Positions 25,401-35,843 of a stretch of DNA of 64,000 nt are shown here, in pieces. The translations under genes were made by a program, and so were the position numbers. Below the pieces are notes generated by a model. It ran no database searches and was not told the origin of the DNA. It worked only from the letters and a program-made list of their open reading frames with translations. Position 1 is the stretch's first letter, and the number at the start of each line of letters is the position of its first letter. This stretch comes from Cetorhinus maximus. Lineage: Eukaryota. The stretch spans positions 40,238,001-40,302,000 of the forward strand of contig NC_135887.1 in NCBI RefSeq assembly GCF_964194155.1, read 5' to 3'.

Positions 25401-28400
25401 GAAATTACTGCTTTTCCCCATCTCAGGTACTGCTCTCGTGGCTCTGAAGCACATATTGCTGTGACAGATTTGCTCTACAATTTTAAAGTTCCTTACCTTT
25501 AGTGAAGTGGCCAGCAGTGGGTGGGCAAACACATGTTGCTGTGATTTTTCTTTACGTGGACGCTGCAACTTTTGCTTCCTTGATGCTGTGCTTCTGTCAC
25601 TTACACCATTACTGTCTTTACTGTCCTCTGAACAAAACAACAAATGGCTTCAGTTCACAAACATTTTTAGAATCATTTAATCAAATATCTATCTATACCC
25701 GAAGTGTTCAACCATATGTGCCTTGTATCTGCTGATGGGCAGCAGCTCGGGAGAGGGGCACAGGTAGCAGCTAGAGAAGGGAGCATGAACAAAGACATTA
25801 CACCTGCAACTGACTTTGACCAACACATGTATATGAACAGATTAAATATGATGTGGGATTTCTACAGGCAAAAAGATGAACAAAACCTTGCCTCATATCA
25901 CATTTTCTATAATGATAACATCACCACATATATTACTTTGACACATGATAAAGCTGTCACTCATTTGGATTTCTAGTACTCTGTTATCGATGTTTAGCAT
26001 CCTAAGTGCTCAATGGATTAAACACTGACTGTTGGTAGTGAGTCATACAGAGGAAGAGGGTCTCAGAATCAACCCCTAGGGCTTTAGCATTTCCCAAGAG
26101 CCTGGGTTTGGAGTTTAAACGTTTGCCTTGAACAGTGACACTGTTATCTAAAAAAGGCATCCTGTCCTCTGGGCATGTGAGCTGTACAGAATTTCCAAGA
26201 TGCATCAATAACATTCAAGCTGGCCAACTGATATTATGCTTTTCTTCCAAATGTAATAATATCAATTTGATTGTTTTTTATAGAAAATTTGAAGCTAAAG
26301 GACTACTTTTAAAAAGAGGTGAAATTAATATATATTTTTTAAAAAACACAACCTCATCTAATGCAGTCATATTTATGGCCTCTTCCACTCACTGCTAAGA
26401 CACATCAGCAAGTTGCCAATGAGCCAAACTCTATACGGCACTTCAGATCTGCCAAGCTTCAGATTCCCACTCCATAGTGATTTCAGGCCAAAGCACCCCT
26501 CATTTCTTAAAACACTAACATGCCCAATGCAGTGCCACAAAACTCCAGGACCAAAGAGCAAAGGCTACAACCAATGCAGTTAAAGTACACTCCACCTACC
26601 TAGTACTGCTAGACACCCTGATAGTTAACTGCAATTAGCAAATTGCATAAAATCCTGTTGTGTAATGCTGCAGGTTAATGCCGATTGTTAATTGCTCCAA
26701 GTGTTGCTGCAGCCTCTTAAAAAAATGTTGCCTGCAACCACTTCACGACTTACCTATAAATTCCTATTATAAATCTTTACTTAAGCATTTCAATGTTGAC
26801 ATAAAAAGCATCAATCAAAATTGTAACACAGGAAGTAACATTAGTTAACATAATGTGGAAGTATATGTATGTCCACACCATGCTTTTGCTTCTACTACCT
26901 TAGTTGGTAGAAATAGTGCTGTGGAGATGGAGCGTTTCTTTTGGGGAAGAAGCAGTGCTGGGGTGTGCTGCAGGGAAAGGCACACTATGTGTCACCCTTC
27001 ACTCAATGCTAATGGTCTATCCTCTCAGTCAGAAGGTCATGGGTTCAAATCTCAATCCAGGACTTGAGCACATATCTAGGCTAACAATTCTATGCTGTAC
27101 TGAGGGAGTGCTGCATTACATGCCATCTCGCAGATGAAATCCCATCTCTGTTTTCAGGTGAGTGTAAAAGGTCCCATAGCACTATTCGGAACGTATCATG
27201 AGAGTTTTCCACATGTTTATTTCTCAACCAACAAAAATAAAAAGAGATTAACTTTTCTTCACAAAGTGATTAACACTTCCTAGCAGAGCAGTGGAGCTGA
27301 AAACACCAAAATTATGTAGCAACTAGCTATAAGAGGGGAGGGGGAGGCACAGAGAAAATTTTAAACGTATGAATTAGGAGGATTCTTCTAAATGTATTAA
27401 TTAAGTCACACCTCATCCATCAGTATTGTGAGGTCCCATTGCTGTTTGTAGGTATTTGCTTTTGTGTAAAATGGTTGCCACATTTGCCAACAAAAAATTG
27501 GCTGAAGTGCTTTGGGATGGATGTAATAAGCACAATATAAACACAAGTTCTTTCCTTTCATAAAAGCAAAATCCACCTTTTAGCCTATTTCGATCCCTTC
27601 CCCCCACCCCACCCCCACTAGGGCTATCTGTCACTTGCTCGTCCTGCTTTCTACCCTTAATGTCACCATTAGCACATTCCTTAGCTAATATCAACCACTG
27701 TCAACACCCCTTTGTCCTTTTGTCTGAGATCTTTGGCAATCCCTTCTTTGCCTCCACCTATCACTGGCCCTCTATCAAACTCTACCTGTCCCACCTCCCT
27801 CAACCAGCTTATATTTCACCTAATTTCTATTTTTCCTTAGTTCTGATGAAAAGTCATACGGACTCGAAACGTTAACTGTATTCCTTTCCGCAGATGCTGT
27901 CAGACCTGCTGAGTTTTTCCAGCTATTTTTGTTTTTGTTTCTTTCCTTTCATACCAGACCCATCATCCTGAGTCACCTCAGTAAAGTACTAGGATGAGGG
28001 GTGACAGGGGAGCAGATACTGCTAGAAACACTTAACAGGCCAAGTAGCACTCCTGATGTTTCCAAGTAAATCCCTGGGGGATCCTAGGCTCGTATCCAGA
28101 GATTAGTTTGCTTATGATCAAATCTATGGAACAGGCTCCCTAGGGAGATGGTGGAAGCAGATAGATCAGTGACCCATTCAGGTTTAAATTAAATCAATAT
28201 TTTCCCCATTCTGGGATGCAGTATATGAGCAATTTTAGACATGATACAGTAAGTGTAGGATGCTCAGCAAGAGAAGGTAGCTTTGAGCCAATAACTCCCA
28301 AAGCTCTCTATCACTAAAGTTTTCCATATGTCTGGGTCTGCTGTACACTAATTGTTATTGATGGTCAATATGTCCAGTATGGCTGTCTCCAGGTGGCCTT

Positions 28401-28680
28401 TGCTCTTTTCCCTCTGACATCTTATGAATGGAGCTGCCTCATAGCCCAGCCCACCCGGCCCGCCTGCCAATAGGAAGCGCTGACAGCTTCAAGGCGGCGG
28501 TGGCCGGTGCTCAGGACTCAGGCCGGCTCACACTCTCTTCTCCCCACACCCCGGCTCCTCACCCTCATTACTGTTGTCTTCCTGCGGTGCGGCCCTCCGC
28601 GATCCGGTCACCGCCGCTGAGATAAAGAAAATGAGCGCCCCGAGGAGCAGCGACACGGCGAGGACAGCAAACGGCTCCAT
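10018..28680 (-). CDS. tbl2: Transducin beta-like protein 2 (ER-anchored WD40 protein), complete 7-exon CDS: 28563-28680, 25497-25627, 22008-22192, 14074-14225, 13190-13316, 12768-12920, 10018-10474
   Basis: All introns are GT-AG. Exon lengths 118+131+185+152+127+153+457=1323 nt give an open 440-aa frame. N-terminal hydrophobic anchor MEPFAVLAVSLLLGALIFFISAAV. Motifs HPLLATSLKNHSGNISCLDFSSNGKYLASCADDRTVRIWSTKDFL and RMATVSKDGTWKLWDTDVEYKQQQDPYLL are recognisably TBL2. Confidence 0.97.
11040..12540 (+). mobile_element. Old CR1 LINE RT remnant
   Basis: Decayed RT blocks (NYRTISL, FQKAFDEVPH-like, RTRGN..KL) with many stops. Confidence 0.65.
12768..12920 (-). CDS. tbl2: tbl2 exon 6
   Basis: FVASCGFTPDVKVWEVCFTKSGTFREVMRAFDLKGHSAGIYSFAFSNDSR; CAG acceptor, GTGAG donor. 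Confidence 0.94.
13190..13316 (-). CDS. tbl2: tbl2 exon 5
   Basis: KFIMSASNDTTILIWDLKGEVLATINTNQMNNAYAIVSPCG; TAG acceptor, GTCAG donor. Confidence 0.94.
14074..14225 (-). CDS. tbl2: tbl2 exon 4
   Basis: AFITWLANEETIRVFKMIKKDDGSFAFTAAPEDFPKKHKAPIVNIGIAET; CAG acceptor, GTGCG donor. Confidence 0.93.
17321..20452 (+). mobile_element. Full-length single-ORF (APE-RT) non-LTR retrotransposon with a tRNA-derived 5' head
   Basis: TSD ACTTGGG at 17314-17320 and 20453-20459. A box and B box within the first ~100 nt. EN starts at ~17730, RT includes PDNIPAIVLK, NYCPISLLS and MFADD. Tail TGAATGAATTAAATAAAA. Confidence 0.9.
20540..20748. repeat. Penelope-derived palindromic (fold-back) insert within CR1
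   Basis: Arms of about 80-90 nt around GTCCGTATGACTCTGGAC are reverse complements; flanked by near-duplicated TTGCYTGACTTTTT. Confidence 0.8.
22008..22192 (-). CDS. tbl2: tbl2 exon 3
   Basis: NHSGNISCLDFSSNGKYLASCADDRTVRIWSTKDFLEHDHRCVRTNVELDHATHVCFSPDS; AAG acceptor, GTAAA donor. Confidence 0.95.
22495..23354. mobile_element. Possible solo LTR interrupted by a Penelope-derived insert
   Basis: TG...CA ends with CTAT on both sides; AATAAA near 23217; terminal inverted repeat imperfect. Confidence 0.45.
22713..23111. mobile_element. Short Penelope-derived element with inverted terminal repeats
   Basis: 12-bp TSD TAGGATGGCCCA (22701-22712 and 23112-23123); arms of about 120 nt are reverse complements. 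Confidence 0.85.
24268..25230. mobile_element. Cluster of Penelope fragments (minus-strand GIY-YIG tail and several terminal repeats in both orientations)
   Basis: Repeated GAAAATGCTGGAAA...CAGCATCTGTGGAGAG blocks at ~24275, 24745 and 25020, with an inverse copy at 25130-25230; 24400-24500 is the reverse complement of the block at ~9070-9170. Confidence 0.75.
25497..25627 (-). CDS. tbl2: tbl2 exon 2
   Basis: EDSKDSNG...QRPRKEKSQQHVFAHPLLATSLK; CAG acceptor, GTAAG donor. Confidence 0.93.
26990..27250 (+). mobile_element. tRNA-derived Deu-domain-type SINE, decayed
   Basis: B-box-like GGGTTCAAAT, then TACTGAGGGAGTGCTGCA...TCAGGTG..GTAAAAG.TCCCAT.GCACTATT, as recalled for DeuSINE/AmnSINE-type bodies. 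Confidence 0.6.
27563..27938 (+). mobile_element. Short Penelope-derived element with the best-preserved hammerhead motif
   Basis: 15-bp TSD TTCTTTCCTTTCATA (27548-27562 and 27939-27953); shares its body with 22920-23111. Confidence 0.85.
27839..27877 (+). ncRNA. Minimal type I hammerhead ribozyme motif (putative, would need to act as a dimer)
   Basis: AGTT-CTGATGA-A-AAGTC-ATACG-GACTC-GAAA-CG-TT-AACT: stem I AGTT/AACT, intact core boxes, stem II, palindromic ACGT stem III. Confidence 0.6.
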
Positions 28681-28870
28681 GGGCCCGGGCTCCAAGGCAA
28701 CGTCAGCACGCGTGGCAGGGCAGCATCGGCACGCACCTGACGTCAGTGCGTGCGTGACGTCGACGAGTAGATGGCGTGTCCGACGTCATCGCGCAGGCTG
28801 CGTGCCTTCAGGGCGGCAAATAGTTTGTGCAGAATCGTTGAAGTTAGGACTAAGTTCCACGTGCCAATTG
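28440..28870 (-). promoter_or_regulatory. CpG island / tbl2 promoter with clustered CRE/ATF-type ACGT elements
   Basis: Sharp CpG enrichment over exon 1. Perfect TGACGTCA at 28738-28745, near-matches at 28755-28762 and 28781-28788, and CCACGTG next to CCAAT at about 28857-28868. Confidence 0.75.
28563..28680 (-). CDS. tbl2: tbl2 coding exon 1 (signal anchor)
   Basis: ATG at 28680 within the CpG island; donor GTGAG at 28562; phase 1. Confidence 0.9.
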
Positions 28871-29402
28871 CATCAAGAGCCAGTAGAAATCAGTCAGCAA
28901 CTAACCTGGTCCTGCAAGTTTCCTTTAAACTCTGTCTTTGTTTTTTCAGCCTCCCTAATTTGGGGGCTGTGTTTATTTTGTCCCTCATTTTGTTAATTTA
29001 GTTTATTTGGTTGACTGAAAAGTGTTAACTGGGCACCAGCGGAGGGTCTTTACTGGTGCTGAATGCCTGTTCTGCTGAACAAGGCTGAGAGAGGGGTATT
29101 AGTTGCAGCATTGATCCCCAAGATGGCAGCAGTGGCATCAAATCAATGCTGCACGCTGATTGGTATCACAATCTGCCTGCTCTGTAAATTCTGGCCAAGG
29201 TCCCTCCGTGCACACTTATACCATCACCAAAAAAGTGCAGGCATCATGTGCAGCTTGCACCAGAAATGTGCTCACATGCTATGGATGCCAAGTTTGGAGG
29301 AAAGACAACATTTGTAACACAGAAAAGCTGGGCATAATAAAGCTGAATTTTGGGACCTAGTAAATTAATTAGAGGCACTGGTTGAAAGAGAAGTCAGTTA
29401 TC

Positions 29403-32290
29403 ATTGAAGGAGCGGTGATATACTTCCAAGTCAGGATGGTGAGTGACTTGGAGGGGAACTTCCAGGTGGTGGTGTTCCCATCTATCTGCTGCCCTTGTCC
29501 ATCTAGATGGTAGAGGTCATGGGTCTGGAAGGTGCTGTCTAAGGAGACTTGGTGAATTTCCGCAGTGTATCTTGTAGATGGTACACACTGCTGCTGCTGT
29601 GTGTTGATGGTAGAGGGTGTAAATGTTTGTGGATGTGGTGCCAATTAAGTGGGCTGCTTTGTCCTGGATAGTGTAAAGCTTCTTGAATGTTGTGGGAGCT
29701 GCACGTATCCAGGCAAGTGGGGAGTATTCCATCACCCTGACTTGTGCCTTGTAGAGGCTGGACAGGCTTTGGGGAATCAGGAGGTGAGTTACCCGTCGCA
29801 CAATTCCTAGTCTCTGACCTGTTCTTGTAGCCACAGTGTTTTATGGCTAGTCCAGTTCAGTTTCTGGTCAATGGCAACGCCCCAGGTTGTTGATAGTGGG
29901 GGGTTAAGTGATGGTAATGCCATTGAACATCAAGGGGCAATGGTTGGATTCTCTCTTCTTGGATACAGTCATTGCCTGACACTTATGTGATGTGAATGTT
30001 ACTTGCCACTTGTCAGCCCAAGCCTGGGTATTGTCCAGGTCTTGCTGTATTTGGACATGGACTGCTTCAGTATCTGAGGAGTTATGAATGGTGCTGAACA
30101 TTGTGCAATCATTAGCGAACATCCCCATTTCTCACCTTATGTTGGGAGGAAGGCCATCGATGAAGCAGCCGAAGATGGTTGGGCCGAGGACACTACCCTG
30201 AGGAACTCCTGCGGTGATGTCCTGGAGCTGAGATGACTGACCTCCAACAACCACAACCATCTTCCTTTGTGCTAGGTATAACTCCAACCAGTGGAGAGTT
30301 TTCCCCTGATTCCCACTGACTCCAGTTTTGCTAGGGCTCCTTGATGCCACACTCGGTCAAATGCTGCCTTGATATCAAGGGCAGTCACTCTCGCCTCACC
30401 TCAGGAGTTCAGCTCTTTTGTCCATGTTTGAACCAAGGTTGTAATGAGGTCAGGAGTTGAAAGGCCCTGCCGGAACCCAAACTGAGCGTCAGTGAGCAGG
30501 TTATTGCTAAGCAGGTGCCGCTTGATGGCACTGTTGATGACCCCTTCCATTACTTTACTGATAATGGAGAGTAGACTGATGGGGCAGTAATTGGCCAAGT
30601 TGGATATGCCCTGCTTTTTGTGTATAGGACATACCTGGGCAATTTTCCACATTGCTGGGTAGATGCCAGTGTTGTCGCTGTACCAGAACAGCTTGGCTAA
30701 GGGCGCAGCAAGTTCTGGAGCACAAGTCTTCAGTACGATTTCCGGAATATTGTCAAGGCCCATAGCCTTTGCAGTATCCAGTTACTTCAGCCGTTTCTTG
30801 ATATCATATGGAGTGAATTGAATGAAGAGTTGCATCTACGATGCTGGGGACCTTCAGAAGAGGCCGAGATGGATCATCCACTCGGCACTTCTGGCTGAAG
30901 ATTGTAGCAAATGCTTCAGCCTTATCTTTTGCACTGATGTGCTGGGCTCCTCCATCATTGAGGATGGGGATATTTGTGGAGCCTCCTCCAGTGAGTTATT
31001 TAATTGTCCACCCCCATTCCCGACTGGATGTGGCAGGACTGCAGAGCTTAGATCTGATCTGTTGGTTGTGCCTGTCTATCACTTGCTGTTTATGCTGTTT
31101 GGCACGCAAGTAGTCCTGTGTTATAGCTTCACTAGATTGACATATTTTAAGGCATTCCTGGTGCCGCTCCTGACCGTGCCCTCCTGCACTCTTCTTTGAA
31201 CCAGGGTTGATCCCCTGGCCTGATGGTACTGGTAGAGTGGGGTAGCACAGTGGTAGTGCCACACAACACGATGGAGGGTATCCTCAATGTGTTGGCAGGA
31301 CTTCGTCTCCACAAGGCTGTGCGGGAGTCACTCTTACTGACACAGCGGCAGGCAGGTTGGTGAGGATGAGGTCAAGTATGTTTTTCCCTCACCACCTGCC
31401 ACAGACCCCAGTCTAGCAGCTAAGTCCTTTAGGACTCAGCCAGCTCGGTCAGTAGCAGTGCTACTACCGAGCCACTCTTGGTGATGGACATTGAAGTCCC
31501 CCACCCAAAATACATTCTGCACCCTTGCCACCCTCAGTGCTTCCTGGTGGTCGACATGGAGGAGCACTGATTCATCAGCTGAGGGAGAGCGGTACGGGGT
31601 AATCAGCAGGAGGTTTCCTTGCCCATGTCTGACCTGATGCCATGAGACTTCATAGGGCCCAGAGTCAATGTTGAGGATTCCCAGGGCAACTCCTTCTTGA
31701 CTGTATACCACTGTGCTGCCACCTCTGCTGGGTCTATCCAGCCAGTGGGACAGGATGATGTTGATGTCTGGGACATTATCTGTAAGGTATGACTCAGTGA
31801 GGATGACTATGTTAGGCTGTTGCTTGACTAGTCTGTGAGACAGCTCTCCCAATTTTGGCACCAACACCTAGATGTTCGTAAGGGAGACTTTGCAAGATCG
31901 ACAGGGCTGAGATTGCCATTATCATTTCCGGTGCCTAGGTCAGTGCCAGGTAGTCCTTTCATTCCTTTTTTGTGACTTCGTAGTGGTTTGTTACAACTGA
32001 GTGGCTTGCAAGGCCATTTCAGAGGGCAGTTAATAGTCAACCACATTGCTGTGGGTCTGGTGTAGACCAGGTAAGGATGACAGATTTCGTCCCCTAAAGG
32101 GCATTAGGGAACCAGATGGGTTTTTACAACAATCAATAATGGTTCGTTAGACTTTTAATTCCAGATTTTTATTGAATTTAAATTCCACCATCTGCCTTGA
32201 CAGGATTCGAACCTGGGACCCCAGAGCATTACCCTGGGTCTCTGAATTACTAGCTCAACAACAATACCACTACACCACCACCTTCCCCAG
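29403..32290 (-). mobile_element. Second copy of the tRNA-headed single-ORF LINE, lacking the last ~190 nt
   Basis: Colinear with 17321-20265; the head carries TGGTGTAGTGG and a perfect GGTTCGAATCC; EN and RT fragments appear in the ORF track. Confidence 0.9.
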
Positions 32291-34764
32291 TTTGTATTAT
32301 TGACAAACTTCCATAACTATGATTCATCCAATTTACTATTTGTGGCTTCTTATTACGTGAACCTGGTGAACAGGTGTGGCTACATAACCACAGTAACTGC
32401 ACTTAAAAAGGAATTTATTGGATTCAAAGACATCCCGAGGGTATAATATGATGCTGAATAAATGTAAAGTTTTTCTTAACCAGGTAAAGGGAACATTACC
32501 AAAACTAATGTACAGCTCAGACTGAACTGTAATTTTAAGAATGCAAGAACACAATTCCAGAAAATCAAACCGAACCCTCTACAATAAATTAACTGAAGTA
32601 CGATATGAAAGTACAGCATGAGGGTTTAAGCTCTGCTGCAACCTTTGGGACATCCCAAAACGTATCGGCTACACCTCCTCTCTAACCTACACACTGCACT
32701 TCTTCAAATTTGTCCTTTTCTTTCTTGAGTGATGCTGACCTCAGCCATTGTTTCATCGCTTTCAAGCTTTTCTTCCTTTCAACTTCCTTCTTATACTCTC
32801 TGATTCTAATTTCTGATTAAAAGAAGGTGTGGTCATGTGCTGATTACACATCCCTACTGCTCACCTCAGCTCCCTTGAAACATTTAACTTCAGTCTCCTG
32901 GGGTTAACACTACGTGAATGTTAGCTCACCAGATTCATCTTCTGTCTTGTGACCTTAACTAATCAACAAAAACAAAATCAAATCCATCAATTCTTCCTCT
33001 CTGCTGCAATCACCATCTTGGTGACTTTTTTGTCCACCATTATCAGTGGGCTCTGCTTCTCTTTGACTGAACAGGCTAGGACTAATGCTGAGACCTTCGT
33101 TATCCTAAATGACCTTGAACAACTCATCAATCAACCTACCAGTGTCCATGATCATTGCAGCAATTCAGCTAACCTGGGTATTGATTTTGCAGCTTGTCCC
33201 AACTTTCCCATTCTATTTGTCTCTTCACTGCTGGGCTAAAGTTTCAACTGCCAAGATTTCAAAAAATAAACTTTAACTAAGTATGAAAGGAATGGGTTCA
33301 ATTTCCTGAGCATCCTTGAAAACCACATTCTGCATTACAAATCTGCAACGAGCCACCCATAGCTCAATGCCAAACGTGAAATAGATGTAGTACCATTCAA
33401 TAATGTATCTAGTCATGTATCTAAAGGTTGTAAAGTTATTATTAGAAAAAAAGTATTCAAATTGAAATGAAGGGCTGTGTTCAGTCAGAAAAATCATTTT
33501 TTTGTTTCCAACTAAAATGTTGTTCTTAAACATTTCTGTTAAGTAGGGGAATATGGTAAATTGGTGCCTTGTGAGTTATAGTGTGTAGACAGTCAGGTAC
33601 TGAGAATTTGGTGACAGTAAATGTTCTATTCACAGTGACTGCTTAGTTCCTATGCAACAACAAGGTTCAGTAATCAAGTTTATGCTGAACCAAACTGCAA
33701 AGTCCACAGTTCACAAAGACCCATTTTGTAAGGATTATCTTATGAAAATCTGCAGCAGATCTTGTCAGAATGCTGATTTTGTTTCAAACTTCAACCAGAC
33801 AAGTTTATTTTAAATTAATTAAAAGTACATCACTCTTGAGCAGCCTCTGCAGTTATGTCAAATCGTGCAGTGAAGCCAATTTGCTTGAAAGCAGTGTTGT
33901 CAGCATCATTAGGTAATTGTGAGGAGTGAAATATATATGTGCACTGACATAAGAGGTGAGACACCATGCATTGTTAAACCAAATGACTGAGACAGATCGA
34001 TAAATTTTCACTAAAGGGATTAACCAACCGTCAATAGTAATCAATGACCATCAGGTTTAGCACAAAATAAAGCTTGAGTCTTTTGTTCAGAGCTTCTATT
34101 TGTGAAGATTTTCAAAAGGTTTATTTATCCCCTCTGAAAGGATATTTGTGCCATGGTGGCACGGCCTTCCATTCCAGAAATTATTCCAGTGCACTAAGAA
34201 TGTGAACTGTTCCATGCTGCAACAGCCCTTCACTATCTGATCACCTTCATAATCTTGCTCTCGCTAATCTCGCAAATGTAAAGAAAGCATCCAGAGACTA
34301 CTTACCTTGATGTCTTGCTTTCCAATCTACTACTTAAATTCCTGTTATAAGACCTTGAATAAATTCTATGCCATACGGTTCCAACCTAGACCACAAACTT
34401 TACTTTCTCTCCCCATCTTACCAGAAACTTTTGCATGTCTCCAGTGACATCCTTCATCCTGGCAGCAGGAAGGCAATGCAACATTAGAACTCCCAGTCAC
34501 AACTGCAAGAAATGTCTACTTCCTTAACAATGGTCTACTTCCTTAACAATGGAATTTCCTCCTACTTCTACTCTCTTATGGTCCAAGTGCCTCTCACAGC
34601 CCTCAATTGGTCCCTTTTCCATGCTATCATCTTCACTGTTCACCTCACAGTTGTTAAACATCATGTATCTATTGGACAATTTAATAACTCGGGTTGCCTA
34701 TACCATTGAATCCCACCTCTCTGCTCTCCCTGTCAATGGTCACTCAATTATCTGATTCTGAAAA

Positions 34765-35145
34765 AAAAACAATTTGCATTCATAATGCACCTTTCACAAT
34801 AACTGGATTATGGCCAATTAAGTACTTTTAAGGTGTAGGAACTGTGACAGCTAATTTATGCGCAGCAAACTCCCACAGAAATGACCAAATTATCTGTTTT
34901 TGTGATGTTGATTGAGGGATAAATGTTGGCCACAACACTGGGGATAACTCCCCACTCTCCTTTGAAATAATCTACCTGAGCGGGCAGATGGGGCCTCAGT
35001 TGTCTCATCTGAAAGCTGGCACCTCTGACAACATAGCACTCCCTAATTTCTGCACAGGTGTGTCAGCCTCGATGGTTGTGCTCATGTCCTCGAGTGGGAC
35101 TTGAACTGATAACCTCCTGACTCAACGTGAGCTGTGGCTGACACA
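34765..35145 (-). mobile_element. Deu-domain-type SINE
   Basis: Reverse complement resembles 26990-27250; head GAGTCAGGAGGTTATCAGTTCAAGTCCCACTC; poly-A at the plus-strand left end. Confidence 0.65.
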
Positions 35146-35611
35146 CGACCCTTATTTCTTAAGGTGTCTAACAGCACTTCTTATGTTACCACATTCTGGA
35201 AATTCTGTAGAATGTAGCTGTTTACTCCTCTAGAAGAGATCCTTAGAGGCTTAATTTTCCAATACTTAGGGCAAATGTGCTACACTGGGTATCCATGTGC
35301 CTAGCCTTCCGAAAAAAGGTGAACACATCAGTATGAACTCCTGTTAGCAGGAATTAACCCTGATTTATTCAGTTTACACATACGTTGCACTTGATATCAT
35401 ACCACATGACATCATCTAAGTCATCAAGGATGTGGGATATGGACTTTTTCTGATCCGCGTATCTCAGTACCACTCAGGGTGCCATATTTATCAATTAAGA
35501 TTATTTGATAGAATCCATTGCTAAGATAATTATTGGAAGGACTCCTAAATGGGGCATGGTATTGAAAAGGGAGATTCTCAGCACTCAGTAACCTATTAAA
35601 TGTGGTTGGTT

Positions 35612-35641
35612 CAATCATTATTTACCAGCCCCATATTAATA
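35612..35641 (+). promoter_or_regulatory. Candidate slc5a2 core promoter: degenerate HNF1-like site followed by a TATA-like box
   Basis: ATCATTATTTACC (reverse GGTAAATAATGAT) at 35614-35626 and ATATTAATA at 35633-35641, 80-110 nt before the ATG. Several mismatches to consensus. Confidence 0.35.
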
Positions 35642-35720
35642 GGCTAGTCCGTCATACTGTCAGATGCAATCCTAGCCTCTTTCACGCTAGTTACTTTCCC
35701 TCTCTGCATACCAAGCTGAC

Positions 35721-35843
35721 ATGAAGGCATCTGCGACTCCGACATCTACCACGTCTCCATCCCAAACTGTGGCTATCAACAATGCTGCGGACATAAGTGT
35801 GATTGTCTTGTACTTTGTTTTGGTCATCGGTGTAGGACTATGG
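35721..35843 (+). CDS. slc5a2: slc5a2 exon 1
   Basis: [41 protein letters not shown] followed by GTAAGT. Confidence 0.9.
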
